Shown here in pieces: positions 20,165 through 29,766 of a stretch of DNA of 64,000 bases. Location of the stretch: assembly GCA_963933835.1 (NCBI GenBank), contig CAWVVV010000001.1, positions 256,001 to 320,000 of the forward strand, in the 5' to 3' direction. Both the position numbers and the translations under genes were made by a program. The notes under the pieces were generated by a model. The model was not told the DNA's origin. It made no database searches and saw only the letters and a list, made by a program, of their open reading frames with translations. Positions within the stretch are counted from its first letter, which is position 1, and every line of letters begins with the position of its first letter. The DNA is from an uncultured Puniceicoccaceae bacterium (GTDB lineage Bacteria; Verrucomicrobiota; Verrucomicrobiia; Opitutales; Oceanipulchritudinaceae).

Positions 20165-20500
20165 CTAGAAGAAGCGAATCGTCTGAGAGCGCATCCGCTC
20201 GTGTTCCTCGTCCGTGCATGAAGCATTGGTAGGAACATCGGTCGAGGACTCGTTCGGGCTCACCAGCTTATTGGCCAAAAGGTAGTTCTCGACCTCTTCA
20301 CCGCTCACATCCGCGAGCATGATGCCATCCACGACGACACAGGGAGAGAGTGGCTGACCCGATTTTTCCACCATTTCAGCGTAAATCTCAGGATTGTTGA
20401 TGATATCCTTGTCAGAGTATTCCAAGCCGTACTTCGACATGATTGCGCGAACGCCCATACTCCACCCGCAGGTCGGTTTCAAATATGCTACGATTTCCAT
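20165..20500 (-). CDS. Monothiol glutaredoxin-like protein
   Basis: YLKPTCGWS active-site motif and SGQPLSPCV cis-Pro region. Confidence 0.8.
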   Translation of the reverse strand: MEIVAYLKPTCGWSMGVRAIMSKYGLEYSDKDIINNPEIYAEMVEKSGQPLSPCVVVDGIMLADVSGEEVENYLLANKLVSPNESSTDVPTNASCTDEEHERMRSQTIRFF

Positions 20501-20559
20501 AAATTTCCTTAAGCAACTAAATGGACTCAATTTCGAGACAAACTCAAGAACCCTTACGC

Positions 20560-21459
20560 CTAAATGGCTGATTTACTTTGTGCCGACCGAAATACCCACG
20601 CCCAAAGGCCGCCACCGGCCACGAGAGTGAGGACCGAGTAGAAAATACCCCGTGAAACGCCCAGAATAAGATCTGCATCGGGCTCGCGAAACTGCTCACC
20701 CATAATTCGCACCATGGCGTAGAAGATAAGAAATTCAGCGATAAGCTGCCCTCCCCGCTTCATTTGCCCACTCTGAATCCAGAACCGCCACAGAACGAAA
20801 CTCCCGAGAAGGAGGCCCTCTAATCCCGCCGCATAGAGCTGCGAAGGGTGGCGGGGATTGACCATGACCCCGAGTGCCGGCTCGAAATAGCGCACCGCCG
20901 AGTAGTCCACCGGGGCATCGGGAAACACCCAAGCCCAAGCGACCGTCGAGGGCTTCCCCCAGAGTTCGCCGTTTATGAAATTAGCAATGCGGCCGAAGAA
21001 AATCCCAATCGGGGCCGTCATTGCGACCAAGTCCCCAAGTCTCAGCGCGGATAAGCCATGGCGATAGGCGAAGATAAAAATCGCGATCGTCACCCCCATA
21101 AAACCACCATGGCTCGCCATCCCGCCATTCCAGACTTGGAAAACAATCCAGGGTTCCTTGAGGAAATCGCCAAACGAGTAGAGCAAGACCGAACCGATGC
21201 GGCCGCCGAGCACAACTCCGAGCGCTATGTAGACCCAGAAAGACTCTACCTGCTGCACCTTGAGTTCGGTGCGGTCGGTCTTGGCCGCCCGATACAACAG
21301 CATTATCGCCGCAACAAATCCCAAGACGTAAGCCAAACCATAGTAGCGGATGCCGATGCTCTCCGTGAATTGGATCAAGAACGGCGAGAAGTCATGAATC
21401 GGAAAATCTCCGGGCATCGGTTCTACAGACGTCATTGCATGCAAAACGTGCCCTTCCAC
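20560..21459 (-). CDS. lgt: Prolipoprotein diacylglyceryl transferase (start uncertain)
   Basis: IRYYGLAY, LGGRIG, GGMASHGG, GRIANFINGELWG, RHPSQLY. Confidence 0.96.
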   Translation of the reverse strand: MEGHVLHAMTSVEPMPGDFPIHDFSPFLIQFTESIGIRYYGLAYVLGFVAAIMLLYRAAKTDRTELKVQQVESFWVYIALGVVLGGRIGSVLLYSFGDFLKEPWIVFQVWNGGMASHGGFMGVTIAIFIFAYRHGLSALRLGDLVAMTAPIGIFFGRIANFINGELWGKPSTVAWAWVFPDAPVDYSAVRYFEPALGVMVNPRHPSQLYAAGLEGLLLGSFVLWRFWIQSGQMKRGGQLIAEFLIFYAMVRIMGEQFREPDADLILGVSRGIFYSVLTLVAGGGLWAWVFRSAQSKSAI

Positions 21460-21502
21460 AGCTCAGAGGACAAGCCTCCACTCGGCGCTTTTTAGGTCCG
21501 AA

Positions 21503-22558
21503 TCAAGAGTCCTTCAACTCGCTGTTATCTGAATCGTTCGCGTGGCTGCGCTCAGCACGCTTTTTGGCCAGCTCCCGCATATCGACGGCGACATCCGAAT
21601 CCTCATAGATCTCATCACCAACGAGGAGTTCCACGATGTCCTCCATCGTCAAAACGCCCACCGTCGAGCCATATTCGTCGACGATGATCGCGAACTGTTG
21701 GTGTTTTTTCAAAAACTGCTGGAGGGCGTCGTGTACCGATGCGGTTTCAGGCAGGTAGAGAATTTCGTTCATCAACTCACGCATCGTGAGCGCTTCCTTG
21801 TCTTCGCTGTAGGCCTGCAAAATGTCACGACGCCGGACAAGTCCGATGATGTCGTCGACGCCTTCTCCGTAAACTGGGATACGCCCAAATGAGATATTCT
21901 TCGACTTCGAGCACACTTCATCGACGCTCGAATCAGCCGAGAGAAACATCGTGACGGTGCGAGGAGTCATGATCTGTCCGACCCTTGAATCATCGAGGCT
22001 GAGGACATTTTTGATCAGCTCACTCTCGTTATTGGAGAGCGCCCCTGAGGCCGCACTTTTCTCCGCTAGAAGCTTAATCTCCTCTTCCTGCTCTTCCTCC
22101 GTCGGCGCCTCGAGCTTAACCAAGATCGTAACGAGATTTTTGAGGAAAAACGACGCAGGCATCATCGAAATGCGAACAAAGCCCAATCCGTATACGGCCA
22201 AAGGCTGAAACTTCCGTCTGTAAGCAAAGCCGATGTTTTTCGGCAAGACCTCGGAGAATATTAAAATTGAAAAAACGAGGAACCCGGAAACGACTGCCAC
22301 CTTCATTGCCAGCCCCTCTGCGAGAGATCCAATCCATGCAGCGCCCGCCGTATTCGCGACCGTATTGAGCGTTAGGATCGCGGAGGTCGTCTCTTCGATC
22401 TGGTATTTGTAGCGCTCAAGGAGGGCTCCACGCCACGGGTGACTCTGTTTCAGTGCCTCGATTTCGGCCGAGGTGGTACTGAGAATGAGTGCCTCCAGAA
22501 GAGAACAAAAGGCCGAAATCCCGAGCGTAAATGCAATCGCTATGACAAACTCAGTCAT
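21503..22558 (-). CDS. CNNM (DUF21)/CBS domain hemolysin-family protein
   Basis: SAFCSLLEA, AILTLNT, FSEVLPK, IMTPR, VDEYG, TMEDIVE. Confidence 0.9.
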   Translation of the reverse strand: MTEFVIAIAFTLGISAFCSLLEALILSTTSAEIEALKQSHPWRGALLERYKYQIEETTSAILTLNTVANTAGAAWIGSLAEGLAMKVAVVSGFLVFSILIFSEVLPKNIGFAYRRKFQPLAVYGLGFVRISMMPASFFLKNLVTILVKLEAPTEEEQEEEIKLLAEKSAASGALSNNESELIKNVLSLDDSRVGQIMTPRTVTMFLSADSSVDEVCSKSKNISFGRIPVYGEGVDDIIGLVRRRDILQAYSEDKEALTMRELMNEILYLPETASVHDALQQFLKKHQQFAIIVDEYGSTVGVLTMEDIVELLVGDEIYEDSDVAVDMRELAKKRAERSHANDSDNSELKDS

Positions 22559-22757
22559 GAGCTCAGCGTGCTCCTCGTGGAGATGGCCGGTCGGCAATCG
22601 TCAGTCAAAAAACAACTTCGACTGTCTCCATCCTCAGTTTCGTCGGATAATATGGGATCCACTATGCCGATAACTCTCTACATGACATCACTCACGATCA
22701 AGCTTGTATTCAAGCCGCGCCTTGACCTCTCGCGCTAAAAAACCCAAGCAAACTAGT

Positions 22758-23234
22758 ATGTTTTGTCGACTTGCTCTCACTTCTCTTGCCCTAGGTTTAC
22801 TTTGCGGGTGCCGAAATACGGTGCAAACAGTGGATATTTCTTCAAGTCCTCCCGGCGCCGCCATTCAGGTAAATGGTAAACCTATCGGCCAGACACCTCT
22901 CCAAATAGACCTCAAAACGAAGCGTTCATATACGGTGGTCGTCGAGAAGGAAGGCTACAGACCAAGCGACACCCTGCTTGCTGCGCGCGAACTACCTGAC
23001 GCCCCCTATCTCCAATTTGGACTCAAAGCGGATGCTGGCCACTATCGGCGCCTCGCGCCAGCCCCGATGCATATCGAACTCATTTCCGAAATCGTCCCTG
23101 AGAGTGTCGGTTCAGATCGATTTGATGAACTCGGAACGCACATCGAACAACTCGATACGCTCCTCGCGACCGCCAAGATCACCGCAGCTGAACACGCTCG
23201 AATCATGGAGCAAATCCTCGCCGTTTTCGAATAG
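22758..23234 (+). CDS. PEGA-domain lipoprotein
   Basis: LLCGC lipobox; ISSSPPGAAIQVNGKPIGQTP...KEGY. Confidence 0.85.
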   Translation: MFCRLALTSLALGLLCGCRNTVQTVDISSSPPGAAIQVNGKPIGQTPLQIDLKTKRSYTVVVEKEGYRPSDTLLAARELPDAPYLQFGLKADAGHYRRLAPAPMHIELISEIVPESVGSDRFDELGTHIEQLDTLLATAKITAAEHARIMEQILAVFE

Positions 23235-23294
23235 CCCGCCGCGGTGTAGTTGAATTTCCATTGCAAGCATCCACGACTTTGGGAGCGTAGGGCT

Positions 23295-24377
23295 ATGTCT
23301 GACCTTCGAAGCACGCCATTGAGCGCCCTCCACCTCGCGAATGGTGCTCGCATGGTCCCTTTCGCTGGCTGGGAAATGCCGGTGCAGTACTCAAGCATCC
23401 TCGAAGAGCATCGCGCGGTTCGAGAAGGCGTCGGACTTTTTGATGTCAGCCATATGGGTGAAGTCCACGTCACGGGAGTCGAGTCCGAGGCTTTTCTAAA
23501 CTACCTCCTGACTAACGATATCTCTCGGCTCAAACCTGGTTTTGCACTCTATACCGTGATGTGCCATCCCTCGGGCGGCGTCGTCGATGACCTTCTCGTC
23601 TACCGGTTCGGCGCCGAAGACTTTCTCCTCGTCGTCAATGCCGGCAATGCCGACAAGGACTGGGCGTGGATTCAGAAACACGCGGCCAACTTCGAATGCG
23701 AAGTTGAAAACCAGAGCGATCGTTACGCGCTTCTCGCGCTCCAAGGCCCCAAAGCCGCTGAGGTCCTCGAAAAGCTCACTCCGCTCGCTAATGACCTTCC
23801 CCGGCTCACTATTTCAGAAGCCGAAATCGCAGGCATCACCACCTTAGTAGCACGCAGCGGATACACCGGCGAAGATGGATTTGAAATCTTCATACCGATT
23901 GAAAACACTGAAGCGGTTGCTACCGAGATCCTTTCAGCCGGAGAAACCTTCGGACTCAAGCTCATCGGGCTCGGGGCTCGCGACAGCCTCCGGCTAGAAG
24001 CAGGCTACCCGCTATACGGACATGAGCTTTCCGACGACATTTCACCTCTTACGGCAGGCCTCAAGTGGGTCGTTAAACTCAACAAGCCGGACGACTTCAT
24101 CGGTAAAGACGCTTTGGCGGAAGAGCTCGAGGCTGGAAGCACAGAACGTATCGTCTGGTTCACGACCGAAGGCCGACGTATCCCCAGAATGGATACACCT
24201 GTCCTAAGCAACGGGATTGAAGTTGGGCGCATTCTAAGCGGCACCCTCTCTCCAATAATCAATGCTCCAATCGGCTCCGCTTTAATCTCAGTCGAAGCCA
24301 ACCCCACCTCACTTGAAGTCGATCTACGCGGTACTCGCATTGCATTGCTAACCAAGCGCCCTCCCCTCCATAAGTAA
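23295..24377 (+). CDS. gcvT: Glycine cleavage system aminomethyltransferase T
   Basis: FAGWEMPVQY, LFDVSHMGE, RSGYTGEDGFE, GARDSLRLEAG. Confidence 0.96.
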   Translation: MSDLRSTPLSALHLANGARMVPFAGWEMPVQYSSILEEHRAVREGVGLFDVSHMGEVHVTGVESEAFLNYLLTNDISRLKPGFALYTVMCHPSGGVVDDLLVYRFGAEDFLLVVNAGNADKDWAWIQKHAANFECEVENQSDRYALLALQGPKAAEVLEKLTPLANDLPRLTISEAEIAGITTLVARSGYTGEDGFEIFIPIENTEAVATEILSAGETFGLKLIGLGARDSLRLEAGYPLYGHELSDDISPLTAGLKWVVKLNKPDDFIGKDALAEELEAGSTERIVWFTTEGRRIPRMDTPVLSNGIEVGRILSGTLSPIINAPIGSALISVEANPTSLEVDLRGTRIALLTKRPPLHK

Positions 24378-24381
24378 TCCC

Positions 24382-25116
24382 ATGGCAAGACCCATCAAAG
24401 AATTCCTCTACGGCCTCAACCCGATTTTCGAAGCACTTCGTGATGGCCGACGCACTTTCCACTGCGCCTACATGAGCGATACCAGTGCACAGAACGGGCG
24501 ACAGCAAAAGCTCAAGGAGCGTTTCGAACGCGACGGCATTCCCATCGAGTGGTGCGACAAAGGCCGTCTCCATCAAATCTGTGGGGCGAAGGAACACCAA
24601 GGTGTCGTTGTCAGCGCAGACCTGTATCCATATTCCTCACACGAAGAAATTTTTGAATCAGGGGCGAAACGCATCATGCTGCTCGATAACGTCGAAGACC
24701 CGCACAACGTTGGTGCCATTCTGCGCAGCGCCGAAGTCTTTGGTTTCGACCATGCGCTCCTCCCGATTAAAGGGGTCCCTGAGGTCTATCCCAGTGTCGC
24801 CAAGGTGAGTTCAGGAGCGACTGAACACATGCTTATTGCAAAAGACTGCAATTCCAACCGCTACGTTCAGCAGGCCCGCGAAAACGGATACACCGTCGCC
24901 GCCCTCGATGCGAAAGGCAAAGTCGCGCTCAATACTTTTGCTGAGTCTCCCCCGGAGAAGCTTCTCCTCGTCATTGGCGGAGAAGACAAAAGTGTCGGTC
25001 AATACATCCTCAACGATGCCGACGCCATCCTGAGTGTCCCTCAGAGTGGAAAGGTCAACAGCCTCAACGCCTCCGTTGCTGCAGGGCTGGCGATGTATGA
25101 GCTGCGCCTTCGCTAG
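24382..25116 (+). CDS. rlmB: 23S rRNA Gm2251 methyltransferase RlmB (SpoU family)
   Basis: HQGVV, DNVEDPHNVGAILRSA, SLNASVA. Confidence 0.85.
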   Translation: MARPIKEFLYGLNPIFEALRDGRRTFHCAYMSDTSAQNGRQQKLKERFERDGIPIEWCDKGRLHQICGAKEHQGVVVSADLYPYSSHEEIFESGAKRIMLLDNVEDPHNVGAILRSAEVFGFDHALLPIKGVPEVYPSVAKVSSGATEHMLIAKDCNSNRYVQQARENGYTVAALDAKGKVALNTFAESPPEKLLLVIGGEDKSVGQYILNDADAILSVPQSGKVNSLNASVAAGLAMYELRLR

Positions 25117-25139
25117 GCATCCCAGAATCCGGGAACCAG

Positions 25140-25825
25140 CTATATATTATCGTTATCGATCGTTTCGGCTTCTTCGTCTGCATCTGGCTCAGCTGAAGCT
25201 GCCGCTTCGGCCGCTTCTTTCTCGCGATCCGCTGGAGAAACATAGGTCACTCCAAGGCGGCGCTCGATTTCAAGGATGACGTCTTCAGCAGGCGCAAACT
25301 TGTAGTCATCGAGGATCATCTTGCCCGCTTTGCCGTTCTCTTCGTAGATCGCGACAGCGATACCCTTCTTCTCCCATTTCGTGCGGTCGACGCTCTTGAA
25401 ATCCGCCCAAGCCACTTTCTTACCACGGGCGCTGTAGACAAATTCGTCGTTGCTGCGGATTTTTAAAGTCTGGTTCCAAAGGACCCATGCGATGAATGCG
25501 AACCCGATGAGAGCAGTCCCCACTCCCCATTTAAACTGGCCAGCGATGTCTCCGTCTGTGCGTTCCGAAGGCACTTTCTCAGGAAATCCGTTCTCTTTCG
25601 CGATCTTCTTCCAAGCAAGTGTGATCTCAGGGGCATCCTCATCAAGCACCGCACCACTGGCGATCATCGCGTCGGATATCACTTATATTCCGTATAACGC
25701 TCAGCTTCAGCAGGCCATGCAACGAGGCCATCGTAGAAGAACCATGCGGCTACACCGACGATCATAAATCCGACGAACAGCATGCGGTTGCGCCAGGTAG
25801 AAGTAAGTTTTGTTTCGACGTTCAT
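25140..25825 (-). pseudogene. Hypothetical membrane protein split by a 1-nt frameshift near 25682
   Basis: MNVETKL...WFFYDGLVAWPAEAERYTEYK* overlaps the GTG of ISDAMIASG...; restoring one base (AAG GTG) joins the two ORFs. Confidence 0.6.
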
Positions 25826-25908
25826 AGAAGTAATCTGGAGATTGGCTGCAATGAGGGAGGCTTTAGGGTTGCTTGCCAAGCCCGAAGCCAGCCTTCCTTT
25901 CTCTAGAT

Positions 25909-26733
25909 ATGCGTTTCAAAAAGTATCACGCCTTGGGGAATGACTACTTTGTCCTTCCACCCAGCGAAGCAGATCTTCCTTCGGAAGACGGCATTCGACA
26001 AGTCTGCCACCGCAATTTCGGTCTCGGCTCCGATGGCATCCTCTTCGGCCCACTGCCCACTAAAAATGCTGACTTCGGCCTCCGCATTCTCAACCCCGAC
26101 GGCTCTGAAGCCGAAAAAAGCGGCAATGGCCTGCGCATCTTTTGCCGCTATCTGCTCGACGAAGGTAAAGTCAGCAACGCTCCCTTCACGATTGAAACCC
26201 CGGGCGGTGTTGTTACCTGCCGCATTCTCGACGGCGCCAATTCAATTGAGGTCGAAATGGGCCAAGTCAGTTTTGTCTCAACCGCAGTTGGCCTCGCCGG
26301 TGACGAGCGCGAGGTGATCAACGAGACGATCGAGCTCGTAGGGAAACCTTACACTTTCTGCGCTGCCACGATCGGGAACCCGCACGCCGTTCTTCCGCTC
26401 GACGAAATCAGTGAAGCCCAAGCTCTCCAGCTCGGGCCGCTCATCGAAACCGATCCACGCTTTCTAAACCGCACCAACGTCCAGTTCCTCAAAGTCCTCG
26501 ACCGAGCCAATATCCAGATTGAAATCTGGGAACGCGGCGCCGGCTACACCCTCGCGAGCGGCAGCAGTTCTAGCGCTGCCGGAGCGGTCGCCAAAAAACT
26601 CGGGCTCGTCGACAACGACATTACTGTCCACATGCCTGGCGGCAATATCCAGCTTCAGATCGACGACGCCTACAACGTCCGCATGACAGGACCCGCTACG
26701 CGTATCGGAGAGCTCGACTGGCAACCGGAGTGA
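25909..26733 (+). CDS. dapF: Diaminopimelate epimerase
   Basis: KYHALGNDY, GLGSDG, NPDGSEAEKSGNG, GNPH, TNVQF, WERGAGYTLASGS. Confidence 0.93.
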   Translation: MRFKKYHALGNDYFVLPPSEADLPSEDGIRQVCHRNFGLGSDGILFGPLPTKNADFGLRILNPDGSEAEKSGNGLRIFCRYLLDEGKVSNAPFTIETPGGVVTCRILDGANSIEVEMGQVSFVSTAVGLAGDEREVINETIELVGKPYTFCAATIGNPHAVLPLDEISEAQALQLGPLIETDPRFLNRTNVQFLKVLDRANIQIEIWERGAGYTLASGSSSSAAGAVAKKLGLVDNDITVHMPGGNIQLQIDDAYNVRMTGPATRIGELDWQPE

Positions 26734-26738
26734 GTGGT

Positions 26739-28172
26739 CTAGGCTCCAGCTAAAGCACCCGTTTCAATACCGAAGACTTCGCGCGCATCGCTGATTTCGC
26801 CGGTGACGGCGGCTGCAGCAACCATGAGCGGACTCATCAGAGTCGTTCGACCCGTGACACTGCCCTGACGCCCCTTGAAGTTACGGTTACTTGAACTCGC
26901 ACTGAGTTGATCGCCGATGAGCTTGTCTGGATTCATTGCGAGACACATCGAGCAACCCGCCGCACGCCATTCGAAGCCTGCGTCGATATAGATCTGATCA
27001 AGTCCAAGTTCCTTCGCGATCGCATCCACAACTTGTGAACCGGGAACGCAAATCGCCTTCACGCCGGCAGCGACCTGGCGGCCCTTGAGGTATTTGGCGA
27101 CCTCCTTGAGGTCAGAGAGGCGTCCGTTTGTGCAGGAGCCGAGGAACGCGACATCGATCTTAGTACCTTTGATCGCCTGGCCTCCTTCAAACTTCATGTG
27201 CTCAAGCGCTTCTGCGATACCATCGCGTTCGCTTTCCGTCGCGCCTTCTTCAATCGCTGGGATATTCTCGTGGATGAAGACGGCCTGGCCGGGATTGATT
27301 CCCCAAGTCACGGTCGGCGCGATGTCTTCAGCGCGGATGTTCACGACATCATCGTATTCACAATCTGCATCGCTGGCGAAGCCCTTCCAGCGCTCAACCT
27401 CTGCATCCCAGTCTGCGCCTTTTGGTGCGTAGGGACGACCCTTGAGGTAGTCGTAGGTCGTTTCATCGGGGTTCACATAACCAACGCGGGCACCGCCCTC
27501 GATCGACATGTTACACACCGTCATGCGCTCTTCCATCGTGAAGCTGTCCAAGACTTCGCCGCCATACTCGTAGGCAAAGCCCGTGCCACCGTTCACGCCG
27601 AGGAGGCGGATGATGTGGAGAATGACATCTTTCGCGTAAACCCCCGGAGCCAGCTCACCATCGACATTGATGCGGCGCACCTTGAGCTCGCCGATGGCCA
27701 TTGTCTGGCTAGCGAGGACGTCGCGCACTTGGCTCGTGCCGACACCAAAAGCGATCGCACCGAAAGCACCGTGCGTGCTCGTGTGGCTATCACCACAGGC
27801 AATCGTCGTGCCCGGCTGGGTGATGCCCTGCTCAGGTCCGACGATGTGAACGATGCCTTGTTTGCCGGTGCTAACATCAAAGAAAGTTACGCCATACTCG
27901 GCGCAATTATTGCGCAGCTCCTCGATCATCGCTTGCGCGAGCGGATCGCTATAGGGCTCAGCGACTTCATTCGTCGGGACAATGTGGTCAACCGTCGCGA
28001 AGGTGCGGTGAGGAAATTCCACCGGGAGACCGCGCTCACGGAGCATGCCAAAGGCCTGCGGGCTCGTCACCTCGTGAATGAGGTGAGTTCCGATCAACAA
28101 CTGGGTCTGCCCATTGGGCATTACACGCACACTGTGGGAGTCCCACACTTTCTGAAATAGACTCTTTGCCAT
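26739..28172 (-). CDS. leuC: 3-isopropylmalate dehydratase large subunit
   Basis: [49 protein letters not shown]. Confidence 0.97.
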   Translation of the reverse strand: MAKSLFQKVWDSHSVRVMPNGQTQLLIGTHLIHEVTSPQAFGMLRERGLPVEFPHRTFATVDHIVPTNEVAEPYSDPLAQAMIEELRNNCAEYGVTFFDVSTGKQGIVHIVGPEQGITQPGTTIACGDSHTSTHGAFGAIAFGVGTSQVRDVLASQTMAIGELKVRRINVDGELAPGVYAKDVILHIIRLLGVNGGTGFAYEYGGEVLDSFTMEERMTVCNMSIEGGARVGYVNPDETTYDYLKGRPYAPKGADWDAEVERWKGFASDADCEYDDVVNIRAEDIAPTVTWGINPGQAVFIHENIPAIEEGATESERDGIAEALEHMKFEGGQAIKGTKIDVAFLGSCTNGRLSDLKEVAKYLKGRQVAAGVKAICVPGSQVVDAIAKELGLDQIYIDAGFEWRAAGCSMCLAMNPDKLIGDQLSASSSNRNFKGRQGSVTGRTTLMSPLMVAAAAVTGEISDAREVFGIETGALAGA

Positions 28173-28343
28173 AGGGATTCCTGCCTTAATGAAATATATG
28201 TCTCAATAAGCTCGGAGAATTTTCAGGCGCAAGCGAAAAAAGCGATTATCAGGGGCTAAAGGCGCGCCTCGTCCCGACTATTCAGATTTTAAAAAGCCAA
28301 TCGATAAAATCAGAAGAGAAACCGTATATGACTGAACGTGCCT

Positions 28344-28412
28344 TGGAGGGACCGGCTCCTGTCGGTCCGCAGTAGCTCCTCGGTGGCGGACCGACAGGAG
28401 CCGGTCCCTCCA
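28344..28412. repeat. REP doublet (REPIN-like), copy 1
   Basis: 27-bp perfect inverted repeat TGGAGGGACCGGCTCCTGTCGGTCCGC (28344-28370) / 28386-28412; each arm is itself GGAG + hairpin. Confidence 0.85.
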
Positions 28413-28455
28413 GTGCAAGCGGCGACGCATACATTTTGGGGTCTCGCAGGGCCGA

Positions 28456-28911
28456 TCAGAAATCTTTTTGCTCTGTGTCGAGGATCAGGGTCACCGGTCC
28501 ATCGTTCTGAGCCTCGATATCCATCTGCGCGCCAAATGAACCGGTTGCCACTCGACGCCCGACCGCAGCCTCAAGCTTTGTAACAAATTCCTCATACATC
28601 GGAATAGCTTTCTCAGGGCGCGCTGCCCGATTGAAAGATGGCCGCGATCCTTTCTTCAAATTTCCAAAAAGCGTGAACTGGCTGATCACCATCAGCTCCC
28701 CCTCGATATCAACCACGCTGCGATTCATCCGCCCTTCGGTATCCTCAAAACAGCGGATCTGCGGAATTTTGCGAACGAGCCACTCCAAGTCCTCCGGCTC
28801 ATCCGATTCAGCAACGCCGAGAAAGATCAAGAGCCCGCGGCCGATCGCATCCTTCGGTTCCCCATCCGCAGCTACCGCCGCCGAACTCACTCGCTGCACA
28901 ACTGCTCGCAT
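28456..28911 (-). CDS. dtd: D-aminoacyl-tRNA deacylase
   Basis: MRAVVQRV, ISQFTL, GSRPSF, NDGPVT. Confidence 0.96.
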   Translation of the reverse strand: MRAVVQRVSSAAVAADGEPKDAIGRGLLIFLGVAESDEPEDLEWLVRKIPQIRCFEDTEGRMNRSVVDIEGELMVISQFTLFGNLKKGSRPSFNRAARPEKAIPMYEEFVTKLEAAVGRRVATGSFGAQMDIEAQNDGPVTLILDTEQKDF

Positions 28912-28974
28912 TTCCATCAATTCATGCACGAGAAAGATTTGTGCAAGATTGGACTCCATCCTAAGTTTTCAAAA

Positions 28975-29015
28975 GTATTAACGCTTGACGATATTAACGA
29001 GCAACGTATACACAT
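28975..29015 (+). promoter_or_regulatory. higBA promoter with two imperfect palindromic operators
   Basis: TTGACG at 28985 and TATACA at 29007; TAACG-cttga-CGATA and TAACG-agcaa-CGTAT overlap the promoter. Confidence 0.6.
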
Positions 29016-29019
29016 ATGA

Positions 29020-29301
29020 ATGATCGCAGATTTTGCCTGTGATGAGACAAAACAAATCTATCTTGGCCGCTACGCTCGTAGGCTGCCGAATCAGATTCAT
29101 CGAACAGCGAGAAGAAAGCTCTTATATCTCGACGAAGCCCTTGATATCAATGACTTACGCTCACCCCCGGGCAATCGACTGGAGCAAATCCACGGAGACC
29201 GAGAGGGACAGTGGAGCATTCGGATCAATGAACAATGGAGACTTTGTTTTGTTTGGAACGGGCACAACGCATCCTCAGTAGAAATCATCGACTACCACTA
29301 A
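29020..29301 (+). CDS. higB: HigB toxin (RelE/ParE superfamily)
   Basis: DLRSPPGNRLE, GDREGQWSIRINEQWRLCF, VEIIDYH. Confidence 0.93.
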   Translation: MIADFACDETKQIYLGRYARRLPNQIHRTARRKLLYLDEALDINDLRSPPGNRLEQIHGDREGQWSIRINEQWRLCFVWNGHNASSVEIIDYH

Positions 29302-29307
29302 AGCACC

Positions 29308-29607
29308 ATGAAAAGTTTAATGTGTATCCACCCTGGCGAAGTGCTTCTGTCTGACTTTATGGAACCGTATGGGCTCAGCCAATATCGTGTCGCAAAGGAC
29401 ATCGGAGTCCCTCCCATTCGGATCTGTCAAATCGTCAATGGGAAGCGTGCCATCACGGCTGATACCGCTTTGCGCCTGTCGAAGTATTTTGGAACCTCGG
29501 CCGAGGTATGGATGAGGCTTCAAGCTCGCTATGATCTCGAAGTCGCAGAGAAAGCAACGGGCAAGAAGATCAAGGGCGAGGTAACAGCATTCGTCGTAGT
29601 AAGCTGA
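29308..29607 (+). CDS. higA: HigA antitoxin (HTH-XRE)
   Basis: IHPGEVL, IVNGKRAITADTALRLSKYFGTSAEVWMRLQARYDL. Confidence 0.93.
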   Translation: MKSLMCIHPGEVLLSDFMEPYGLSQYRVAKDIGVPPIRICQIVNGKRAITADTALRLSKYFGTSAEVWMRLQARYDLEVAEKATGKKIKGEVTAFVVVS

Positions 29608-29645
29608 TTTCGATTCAATACAAGTTGTTCGGTAGGGATCACAAC

Positions 29646-29723
29646 TGGAGGGACCGGCTCCCGTCGGTCCGCTGCTGAAATACCATAGCCCACGCCGCGG
29701 ACAGGCAGGAGCCGATCCCTGCA
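29646..29723. repeat. REP doublet (REPIN-like), copy 2, right arm degenerate
   Basis: Left arm 29646-29672 is 26/27 identical to copy 1; right arm 29697-29723 has 5 mismatches to the complement of its left arm. Confidence 0.8.
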
Positions 29724-29766
29724 TCACTGCTTTTCAGCGCTCTGAAGAGACGGACATAGAGGCATG

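Noticed and set aside
28344..29723. Repeats as a CRISPR array or composite transposon ends
   Set aside because: They are inverted doublets rather than direct repeats with spacers; no cas gene or transposase in the window
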